64,000 bases of DNA from Callorhinchus milii (lineage: Eukaryota), in the NCBI RefSeq assembly GCF_018977255.1, contig NW_024704742.1, forward strand, positions 69,380,001-69,444,000. The letters are read 5' to 3'. Below, piece after piece: positions 34,901 through 46,900 of the stretch. The notes under the pieces were generated by a model. It worked only from the letters and a program-made list of their open reading frames with translations, was not told the DNA's origin and made no database searches. The position numbers and the translations under genes are program-made. The stretch's first letter is position 1; the number at the start of each line of letters is the position of its first letter.

Positions 34901-37900
34901 TCCTTGAATTTGATATAGTACTTTTCACGTCTTCTAGACATCCCAAAGCGCTTCAGAGAATATGAGGGTAGGCGGTCACCCTTCTACGCCTACCCACTCT
35001 GCCCTCCACCTCTCCAGATCCCATCTCAGGCCCACATCCTTGACTGTCCAGTGCCTTGGGACATCCTCCCGATGTGAAAAAGCGCTATACAACTGTAATT
35101 TGTTGTTGCTGTTGTTGTGTCAGCCTGGCTCAGTTGCTAGCGCTCTCGTCTCACGGCCTGAGGAATCTTTTACCTTTTTGCCTTCCTGCTCCACCACGGC
35201 CATCATCAAATCATCTTTGATGCCCTTGGCACAGTGCTCGCAGTTACAGTCAAAGTAATACTGGAGTTTGAGTATCTTCTGCCGATCGGCGCTGAGGTTC
35301 AGGAAGTCCACATAGGAGACAGTCAGCTCCTGCCCGGCTCGGACTTTATCTATCGCCCGGAGCTCAATCCTGTCCCAACACAGAGCGAAAATCATCATCA
35401 ACGTCAACACAACTGCTACCAAACAGCAACGGAAACGGGGGAAGGAAATGGTGGAAAACAAACATGCTGGATCGGATACTAATGCGCTGTTAAAAAATTT
35501 GAACCCACAACCTTCTGACTCGGAAGTGAAAGTGCTACCTCTGAGCCATGCTGACACACTTACTGTGGCTGGTAGATCGAGAGGGAGAGAAAGAGAGAGT
35601 TACGTGTGCATTACACTGTACACTGGTGGGCATTTGCCAGACCTGATGCAAAGCGAGATGCTGGCGCCTCATTGCCAGTTCGTATGCAGTGACCTCATGC
35701 TCAACTGCACTGGGTCAGCGAACCACAAAATTCTGCCCAGTCTCAGTCCGTAAGACAACAACAACACAATTATATTTATAGAGTGCCTTTCACATCGGGA
35801 GGACGTCCCAAAGCACTGAACAGTCAGGTGTCGGGGCCCGAGCATGGGGGAGGGGTGGTGTAGGGATGAGGGAAGGCAGAGAGGTGGGAGGGAGACGAAA
35901 GGCACGATCGAAGAGAAGGGTCTAGAGACCCGCCTTGAAGGAGGCAAGGGAGGAAGCGAGGCGAAGGGACCATGGGATGGAGTTCCAGAGTGTGAGAGCA
36001 GAGAGGCTGAAAGCCTGGCCACCGATGGTAGGGCGGGTCGGGCGGGAGACATGGAGCAGACCAGAGCCCGCTGGACGCAAGGAGTGGGCAGGTTGGTCGG
36101 GAGTCAGCAGGTCAGAGAGGTAGGAGGGGGCAAGGCCATGGATGACTTTGAAAGTGAGGACAAGGATCTTGAATTCGATCCTCTGGGGATGGAGAGCCAG
36201 TGGAGTCGGGCGAGGGTGGGAGTGATGGGGTCACGGAGCCTGGTGCGTGAGAGTACATGAGCTGCAGAGGTTTGGATGATCTGCAGCTTGTGAAGGGAAG
36301 AGTTGGGAAGGCCGATGAGGAGGGAGTTTCCATAATCGAGCCTTGATGTGAGGAATGTGTGGGTGAAGGTTTCGGCAGCCTGAGGGGTGAGGCGGTGGCA
36401 GAGTCTGCCAATATTGCGGAGGTGGTGGTAGGCAGTGCCGATCATGGCGCGGATGTGGGGGAGAAAGGACAGTTCAGGGTCAATCAGGATACCCAGGTTG
36501 CTGACTGGCTTAGTGAGGTTGAATGTGCAGCCGTGGAGGCTGATGCTGCCACGCCTGAGGTGTGGAGGCACTGGCGCGAGCCAATCAGGAGGGCCTCAGT
36601 CTTGCTGACGTTGAGTTGGAGAAAGTTGGCCCTCGTCCAGGATTTGATGTCGGACAGGCAGTCGGTCAGGATGCCAGTAATCCTGTTCGCTCCCTCCGCT
36701 CAGCGGGCTCCAGCCTGCTTCACATTCCCCGCCTTGCTCGCCCCACCATTGCCTGGCGGGCCTTCCACCACTCTGCCCCCACCCTCTGGAACTCCATCCC
36801 GCAGTCCCTCCGCCTCACCCCCTCCCTTGTGACCTTCAAGACCCATCTCATGACTGGCTTAGTAGTCCTGGAGTTCAGGGTGGAGGCAGAGAGGTAGAGT
36901 TGGGTGTCATCCGCATACATGTTGTAATTTACCCCATGTCTGCGGATGACATCACCAAGGGGGAGCATGTAGAGGATGAAGAGGAGGAGACCGAGGACAG
37001 AGCCCTGAGGAACACCGCACGAGACGGTGCGGGGGCTGGAGGAGAAGTCATTTGCTGCGATGAAGTGGAGGCTGTGTGAAAGGTAGGACCTGAACCAGTC
37101 AAAGACAGAACCTTGAAGGTTGAGGTGGGAGGAGAGGCGGTGGAGGAGGATTGAGTGGTCCATGATGTGAAAGGTAGTGGAGAGGTCAAGAAGGATGAGG
37201 AGGCAGAGGGAGCCCTGGTCACACATGGTCAGGATGTCGTTTGTGACCTTGACCAGAGCAGTTTCCGTGCTGTGGGCAGCACTGAAACCCGATTGGAGGG
37301 GTTCATAGAGAGAGTGAGAGGAGAAGAAAAAGTGAAGCTGGGAGGCAACAGCTCTATCAAGGACCTTGGATAGTAAAGGGAGGTTGGAGATGGGCCGGTA
37401 GCTGGATAGCTGTGATGGGTCAAGGGAAGATTTCTTCAAGGTGGGGGTGATAGTGGCTGTTTTGAGGGGGGAAGAAACAGTGCCAGAAGACAGGTAGAGG
37501 TTGATAATGTCGGCAAACAGTGGGGCCAGGAGGTGGAGCTGGGATTTAAGGAGAGGGGTGGGGATGGGATCCAGGGAACAGGTGGTGGGCTTCATGGAGG
37601 CTCAAGATCTGTCTCGAGATCTAAGGTGGCACAGAATTGCGGAAATGTTTTAGGATTCGATTCATTCATTCAGAGGCTGTTTATTCTCTTATTATTAATT
37701 AATAATAACAACTTTCCTTGCATTTGGTAAAGCACATTACACGTCAGGAGAACATCTCAAAGCGCTTCATAGGGTATACTACGCAAAGCGTGAAATTAGA
37801 ATTTTTTTCTGATTCCCCCTTGGATCTCGCTGCCTCGCGTGGAGTTCTGTAGTCTAGTGGTTAGAGCACTCGCCTCACAAGCAAGAGAACCTAGATTCGA

Positions 37901-40900
37901 TTCCCGGGCAGGGCGAAACATTAGGCAAGTTTTCTTACTCCACACACCTCTGTTTACCTAGCAGTAAATTGGAACATGGTCATTAGTCAATTGATGGATC
38001 ACTTTTCCACGTGTAATAATCCCTTCAAAAAAAAATGATAACTTGGTCATTGAATCCACGACTGTTTGTGGGGCACTGCTGTGTGCAATTGGCTGCCGCG
38101 TTTTGCCCACAAAATATACAGTCAATTCACTTTACATTATATTATGTGAAGCGCTTTGAGACATCTTGAAGCCGTGACAAGGCACTATGTCAAATGCAAG
38201 GATTATTATTATTGTTATTCGGTTAGTGAGTGAAGGCAATCATGATCAGTAATGATAGGTGAATGGTCAGAGGTGAATCTCTGTGGCAGGGATACAACAA
38301 TCAACTGTTTGGCACCTTAAGTGGCTGAAACAATAATTAATAAATAATAAAATAATTTGTGCTTCAAAATGAATCGTTGCATCCCTCACAGAAAAAGACT
38401 ACGCTGAGTTAATTTCAGACTGGGAAGAGTTGGATCGGAGAGAGAGGAAGGGGGAGGAGAGAAGGGGAAGAAGGAAGGCCGAGGGTGGCAAGGGTAGGGG
38501 AGAGTGAAGGAAAATTTGAATTACAGACAACCACATGACCCACCTCATCTGAGTGTGAAACATTGATTTTACTGCGTCATGACTGAAAGACAAAATAAAA
38601 AGTCCGTGTTGCACAACGTAAAGAAAAAACACCAAAAAGTCATGGACCAGTTCAACACAAAATGCCAAATAGTAATAATAATCCTTGCATTTGATATAGC
38701 GCTTTATCACGTGATAGAGACGTCTCAAAGCGCTTCACAGGATTTTACTGTAAAGTGTAGAGAGACTGTATTTTATACATGAATGCGACAGCCAATTTTG
38801 CACACAGCAATGTCCTGCAATCAATCATGAAGTGAGTGACTAAATTTTTATCTGGGGGATCATCAGCAAGGACACAAGGAGAAAGAAACTCCCTTCTCTT
38901 TTCGAATAGTGCTGCAGGATCTTTAACGTCCACCTATTATATGAGTTGTTGCCTATTTAAGAAATATTTAATATGTAATAGAAAGTGAGAAATTCAATTC
39001 ACAACCTGTGCTGAATGTGCTGACTTCCCCCAGTTGACCCTTCTTATCCCAGTGGGGAGGAGGGGGAGAGACTAATGGTGAAACCATCTGAGATTAGTAA
39101 TCTCACCATGATCATATGAACCTGCGACCTTTCATTCAGTGTGGGTGGGTTACTTTGGTCACTAAGCTCTGTAAGCCTCCATCCTTACCCGGCTTCACTG
39201 GCTCCCCATCTCCCAGAGGTTCGAGTTCAGGATTCTTGTCCTCACCTTGAAAGCTCTCCACTGTCTTGCTCCTCCTTACCCCTGCGACCTTCTAAAACTT
39301 CACTAACCTAACCTTCCGCTCTGCAGGCACTAGCCTGCTCCACATCCCCAGCCCTGCCTGCTTCACTATCAGCGGACGGGCCTTCAGCCTTTAATCCAGC
39401 CCGGAATCCCTCAAAGCACTTCATAGGATATAATGCAAATTGTGTATCTTGAAGGTGAAACGTGGCAGCCAATTTAACACGACTGGAAAGAGTTCTGTAT
39501 GTCCACGCACCTACGAATGGTAATTTCTCATTCATCTGGAATGGGGTGCGCAATCTCTCTCCACCTCTCCCCCACATCCCCTCCCCAGAGGGTCACACCC
39601 TGCTCACCTAACCCCCGGGAATTATTAGGCTCAGGCTGGCAAGAGTGTGTGTTGTAGGATAACTCCTGGAGTTTAACCAGCTAAAACCTGGGTTGCCCTT
39701 GAATTGCTGGAATGCTGGTGACTTTCACCACTCACTGTGTCTTCAGGAGAAGCTCAATCAGTATATTTTATTTGTGGTTTACATTTAAACATGCAGAAAA
39801 GAGACAAGCAGGGTATGCGATAGGGGCAGCGAGAGAGCGCATTCGATTCCAGACACACAGAGATTTCCAGATTTCCACAAGTAGACAGAGGGAGGTGTGA
39901 TTGACTTTCTGCTGTAAATTAATTAATTCCCTATAGACTCCAGACGTGTCATCCCAAGAGCTGACCTAAGCGACTTCCATCCTTCTCGCAGGTTAGTTTC
40001 TCAGAGCGCTGCACAGTGGATTGGGTTAACAAGAGATGAATGGGAAGAATCTCTACCCAACAGACTTAAACAAAGCCCAGAGATAAGCACACAATACTGA
40101 TACTGAACCAGAGGTTAACATAGTTGAGCACATGTTTACACTTCTGATTGATGAGCCAGATCATCTGCTCAACTATCACTGTTGCTTTGCCAAGCATTTG
40201 GGAAGACTCCTACAGTCCCCACAGCTTACAGTCCCCAGTAGTCACTGGCTCCCCATCCCCAGAGGGTAGAGTTCAAGATCTTTGTTTCTTCTACACACTA
40301 TAAATGTAAGTTGTCTCTCAGAGCATTCAATGTTTTAGAACATGATAATTAACATTTCCTATTAAAAAACCTGTTAAGAAATGTCACAAATTAGAATACA
40401 TGGTCCTTATTTTATTAACCCACCAGAGAATTAAAATAACAAGGGGACATAAATATACGATACCTAGTAGCAGATCTAAAAGCAAATTAATGAGTAGTTT
40501 CTTTAAACAGAGGGCGATGAGAATGCTGGAGGCTGTGTATTTAAGGGGAAGTGTATTTAACAGGAAATTCAAAGTGTATAAGAGGGTGGAGGGAATAGAA
40601 GGGTCCAGAAGAGGGGGAATGAAGGGGTTGTGTGGGGTATAAACAATGGCACAGAGTATTTGGACCAAATGGCCTGTTTTGGCGATGTGGAATTTATGTA
40701 ATTCTACTTAAATCCCAAATCATCTGGTCACTTCAACCAACTGAGTTACGCAATATGTATCCAATGCACCTGAAGATTGGTTTACAAGACAGAGTCTCTC
40801 TGGCTTGCTCCCTCTATCCCCTTTTCAAGGCAAAATTTATTTGACTGTATTTTTGGTCATCTCGATGACCACCTGCAACTGAGATGCCCTTCCAGCATTG

Positions 40901-43900
40901 TTAAGCATGTGCTCCCGACATGAAAGACGCTGTACACTACAAGTGTAAGTTGTGTTGTGTTGCATTGCACTTACTTGCCGTTGTTCAGTATGACAGTGCA
41001 GTTTGGCCAGCAGTCATGGTTTACAAGGCAGAGGTTTGGGAAGATTCCAACTCCCACTGCCTGCAGCCCCCGCTGGTCACTGATCGTGAAACCATTGCAG
41101 TTGATCTGGAAAATGATAATAATAATAATAATCACAATGATCCTTGTATTTGGTATAGTGACAGTTTCCCATCGAAGAGATCAGTTTTAAGCTTGGTTTA
41201 AAGACAGATAATAACAATATAATAATAATCCTTACATTTGATATAGTTCCATTCCACGTTGTTGAGTCTCTCAAAGCGCTTCACAGATTATAAGTGAATT
41301 GATTGTATAAGTTGTGGGTGAAACCAGCAGCCAATTGCTCACAACAGTGTCCCACAAATAGTTGTGGATTGAATGACCCAATTATTTATTTATTGATTGA
41401 TTGATTTTGAAGGGATTATTACCCCCAGAAAGCAATCCTCCAATCGACTAACCACTGGGTTCCTACTTACTGCTAGGCAAACAGGCGAGTGGAGTAATAA
41501 AACTTGCCTAAGGTATCACTCTGCCCGGGAATCAAATCTGGGTCTTCTCACTTGCGAGGCGAGTGCTCTAATCAATAGGTTACAGGACTCCCAGATAGAG
41601 AGGCACTATTGCAAACGTAAAGGTAATTATTCTTGTTGTTAAAAGCTTTCCTACAAGACCCCTCCCTCTCATTCCCAGACTGAGGCCATTGCTAGTGTGG
41701 ATCTTACCACTCCGAATATGTGGGATATGGACTCATGCCCAATCTGCTGACCGCAAGGCTGCCAGTAATTCAGGAAGGCATTGACGTCAGCGGTCAGCTG
41801 CTTCTTCTCCTCTTCGTCAAGATCTTCCACATGGTCCTGGAGGTCCTCAAGAGATGTTAAACGGTCCTCCGAGACAATGCCACCCTCCCTTTCCACCTGC
41901 CACAAGATCCGGGAGGCCAACCTGGAGAACGTTAGGATAACAACAACAACAATTTGCATTTATATAGCGTCCTTCACCCAGGGTAGTTTCGGGGCGCAGT
42001 GGCTGAAAGCCTGAGACACAAGGGGACGTGCTGAGCGCTATCCCCCACCCCCACTTCGGGACTCACCTGATGTTCTCGTTTGGGGCCTTGCCGGCCTTCT
42101 TCACAGCAGCACATTCGTTCTTGTGCTCCGTCCATGCCTGCCTCTGGCAGGTGCGGTCGCAGTAGTGGGCGAACTTGCAGTGGCCACAGCGGTGCAGCTT
42201 GGCTTGCTTCTTGAAGCAGCTGTGACACACTTGCTGTGTGAGGCTGGAGAAAGGAAGCAACAAACCCAACATCAGCGAACCCAACACACCCCAAACCTGG
42301 CTCAGGAACCGGACTATCAAGACCACCCCAGAGGGCTGGCTCGATTCCAACATTCCATTGCCAAGCACATCACCTTGGAGGCAGTTCAGCTCCAAGGAAA
42401 CCCCACTTACCTCCTCCCAAGGAGAATGGTCACGCGTTGGTCTTTCAACATCCAACAAGCATGGGTTTGAGGCCTCACTAGATGGATGCTAGGAACAAGC
42501 AACTCACTGCGAGTTTCCCGGTGGGCAACACAGCTCAGCAAGAAATACATTGCCACCATCTGCCTGTCCGCAGCTCAGGCCCACATCCCTTCCCATTGAG
42601 CGATGGTTCCACCAATTGGAGATGCGGAGTTTAAGCAGCAGCTGCTTACCTCTCTGCAATCAAGATGGATTCCAGGCACTAAATGTACGAATGTGTGTTC
42701 ACAGACTCGGACTCCAAGCCTCAGAGTTTCCTCATCAGCTATCTGGTGGGCATCTGCCTTTTGTATAGTGGGAGGACCTTTACAGGACAACTTGTGACGC
42801 GCCAGCCACCTTCATGTTCTTGAGGTCCAAGTCCAATACAGCGTACCAGGCTTACTCAGCACCAGCTTCTTAATCCAGGTCCTCATGTGAGGGTCCTTGG
42901 TAAATAGACGTGCCCGCTGTGAAGCTGACTCCAGCTTAGTGGCAAATCAGTGTAGGCTGGAGCCCTCCATTCCTGTAGCCCCTTCCCGTGTTTCCAACAA
43001 ATTCACCTCACTGCTTGATCCTGGACTGTGCAGATGGGTCAGAGGAAGCTTCTCAGTTTTATCCTCAGGAGCTCAGATGCCATTCTTTTCAGTAATGGTG
43101 CAGCAATTTGAGACTTTGAGGGTTACAGGAGGTGTGTCACATGTGAAAGATTTTTATTGTTACTAATCCGTAGCACTGTTGATAGTCAATCAATCTGTTC
43201 GGCTCATCAGTGAGACTCACGACAGACAGACTTGTTCTCAGTCCCTGTGACCTCTCCCCTCTCCCTGGGATAGGGGGCGGTGGCCTGAGCTGAACCATAT
43301 GGCACTGTTACTAAAATAAAGTTTGATATTAGCCTTCCCACAGTGACAACAATAAGAGTCTTCAGAGCATTTGAGGCTTTTGGGAAATTTAGGGACAGCT
43401 GTTCGTCTGTTATCTCTCTGTGTGTTTTCAATCACTTTGAACTTTTCTGTTGATTTCAAAAATCAGACTGCATTTGTAATAATGCATTTATAGTGCTTCA
43501 TCTCATGAGAAGGACTTCTCAATGCAATAACTTTGTACTGTAGACAAACACGGCATCCAATTTGCGCAAGGCAAAGTCCCCACACACAACAACGTAAAGG
43601 GGAATATAATGATTTTGATGGTCAGCCAGGTGACTGACACACGTGGAAGCCTATCACTATGATTAAGAATCTCCAAACCAGACTGACAGTTCCACAAGTG
43701 TCTACCACCCACGCATGGAAAGTTCCCTGTCTATGGAATGCAATGCGCACTATACCCTCAGAGGGTTGCATCCTGCTTACCTAATTCCCAAAAGTACTTG
43801 GAACATATTGGCGAGAGCTGAGGGTTGAGGACCCAAGAGTGTGCAACAACAACAACAAAATTACATTTAGTGCATCAGGGTAAATGCTGGAGTCTCATCA

Positions 43901-46900
43901 GCTAAGCAGGCTTTCCTGCTGTTTTTTCAGATAGGATTATCCTACCCTTTACGCCCCACCAAGCCGCCAAGAAGCCACCCACCACCACCAGTACCCACCA
44001 CAAACATGTGCACGAGGCTAGGTAAATTTGTATTCAATCGGTAGTGTGTTTCCTGATTTTTCTTCATTGAATATTTCTTGATTTATGGCGTAAATGAAGA
44101 AATATTCAATCAAAAACATTTTATTGACAGATCAAAAAGGTTGATCAAAAGCTAGAGCTGGTTTAGGGCTTGACTTTGGAAACTCCTTTCCAGCTGCCAA
44201 TTCCTGGCTGTGTAAAGAAATGAAATAGAGGGAAAGAAATGCCATGCTTGAAAGCCTGGAATATGGACAGAATGCCGATAATCCAGAGGCGCTCATCAGG
44301 ATTTTCAGATGAAAGAAAGAAATGCAGAGAGATTGGAAGCCCTATTGGGTTTCATAGGACAAAGTGGTACTGAAATAGCTTCAGTTTAAGTCAAAATGAA
44401 TGTGCCTTACTCCACAATTAGCGACACTTGAAAGAGCCAGAAAACAACAACAGTAACTTGCATTTATAACTTGCACCCTTCACAATGGATAATATCTCCG
44501 AGTGCTGCAGAGTGCGTACACAGTATTATCGTTCCAAGACAAGTGTTAAGATCTCTGAGACAATAATCCGTGTGAAGGATTCTATATAAATGCAAAAGCA
44601 CTGCATTGGATTGTTGGCCTAGACTGTGATTCCAAGTCACGATGTGGGGTTTAAATCTACAACCTTCTGACTCAGAGGCGAGAGCACTACCACTAAGCCA
44701 GGCTGACACCTCACACCCTTTCCGGATCACTGCAAAAGCATTCCCGGGGGTGTGGCTACTCGAGAGTCCTATACTGAAAGTCGAATCCTCCACTTTCCTT
44801 CTCCTTATTCAGTGACAAATTAAGCCCAGACCTTTTCTCTCAGCCAGTCACTACCTATGTCATGGCCACTTCCTGGACAGATTCTGAGATCCTTTCACTC
44901 CCAGTGACATTGCCGCTGGAGTCAGCCTGGCTCAGGAATGGCCCTGGCTTAGTCAAATCCTTTACTGGAAAATGTAGTGACTATTTATTTTGTATTTCAA
45001 CAAAGCAGGCAGTCAATTTGAGCAGAGCAAAGTCCCGTTAACTAGCCACAAATCGTTTAAAGTGTCTGAGTGACGTGATTGGGTATGTCTTGGGTTGCCA
45101 ATGAATTAATGAACCGGAAAAGGTTTTCAAGTTCTTCTAAAAAAACATACACCAATCTATACACAGATGCACCGTCACTACACTTGACTGGAAACCAGCC
45201 ATCTGAGACACTGCCCCGCATAAAGGGCACTACACAACAACAACAAAATTCCATTTGTATAGCGCGTTTCAGGTCATGAGGACGTCGCAAGTCGTTGGAC
45301 AGAGAGTTACGGAGCTGAGCTGGGGCTCGGGGTGGGGGAGTGTGGAGGGCGGGGGGTAATTAGGGAGGTTGAAAGTACAGTGAAAGAGGAGGTCTTGAGA
45401 TGGGTCTTGAAGGTGACAAGGGAGGGGGTGAGGCGGAGGGACTGCGGGATGGAGTTCCAGAGGGTGGGGGCAGAGTGGTCGAAGGCCCACCAGGCAATGG
45501 TGGGGCGAGCGAGACGGGGAACGTGAAGCAGGCTGGAGCCTGCTGAGCGGAGGGAGCGAACAGGACTACTGGCGTCCTGACCGACTGCCTGTCCGACATC
45601 AAATCCTGGACGAGGGCCAACTTTCTCCAACTCAACGTCAGCAAGACCGAGGCCCTCCTGATTGGCTCGCGCCAGTGCCTCCACACCTCAGGCGTGGCAG
45701 CATCAGCCTCCGCGGCTGCACACTCAACCTCACTAAGCCAGTCAGCAACCTGGGTATCCTGTTTGACCCTGAACTGTCCTTTCTCCCCCACATCCGCGCC
45801 ATGATCGGCACTGCCTACCACCACCTCCGCAATATTGGCAGACTCCGCCACGGCCTTACCCCTCAGGCTGCCGAAACCTTCACCCACACATTCGTCACAT
45901 CAAGACTTGATTATGGGAACTCCCTCCTCATCGGCCTTCCCAACTCTTCCCTTCACAAGCTGCAGATCATCTGCAGCTCGTGTACTCTCACGCACCAGGC
46001 TCCATGACCCCATCACTCCCACCCTCGCCCGACTCCACCGGCTCCCCATCCCCCAGAGGATCAAGATCAAAATCCTCATCCTCACCTTGAAGGCCATCCA
46101 TGGCCTTGCCCCCTCCTACCTCTCTGAGTTGCTGACTCCCTACCAATCTGCCCACTCCCTCCGTTCATCGGGCTCCGGTCTGCTCCATGTCTCCCACCCG
46201 ACCCGCCCTACTCTCGGTGGCCGGGCTTTCAGTCTCTCTGCCCCCATACTCTGGAACTCCATCCCACGGTCCCTTTGCCTCACTTCCTCCCTTGGCTCCT
46301 TCAAGGCCGGTCTCAAGATCCTTCTCTTTGATCGTGCCTTTGGTCTCCCTCCCACCTCTCTGCCTTCCTTCACCTCTACATCACCCTCCCCCATGCTTGG
46401 ACCCCGACACCTGACTGTTCAGCGCTTTGGGACATCCTCCCAACTTGAAAGGCGCTCTATAAATATAATTTTGTTGTTGTAGGGGGTTAGGAGGTTGCAG
46501 AGATAGGGGGGAGCAAGACCGTGGAGGGCTTTGAAGGTGAGGACCAGCATCTTAAACTCTATCCTCTGTGTGATGGGAAGCCAGTGGAGTCGGGCAAGGA
46601 TGGAGCCTCGTACGGGAGAGGACACGAGCTGGAGCGTTCTGGATGATCTGCAGCCTATGGAGGGAGGAGTTGGGGAGGCCGACAAGCAGTGAATTTGCAT
46701 AGTCAAGCCTCAATGTAATGAAAGCGTGTGTGAGGGTTTTGGTGGCCTGCGGTGTGCGACAGTGGTGGAACCGGGTGACATTGCGGAGGTGGGGAAGGCA
46801 GAGCGGGTCATGGCATGGGGTAGAAAGGATAGTTGAAATGTTGTTATTGAAAGTGCACTGCGAAAGTGCACCCGTGTAATTCAGGCTGGAGCAAATAGAA

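Noticed and set aside
45057..45290. Possible KRCC1-like or nested exon (SKKTY / FLEELE)
   Set aside because: The short resemblances fall on opposite strands and have no splice or extended similarity support.
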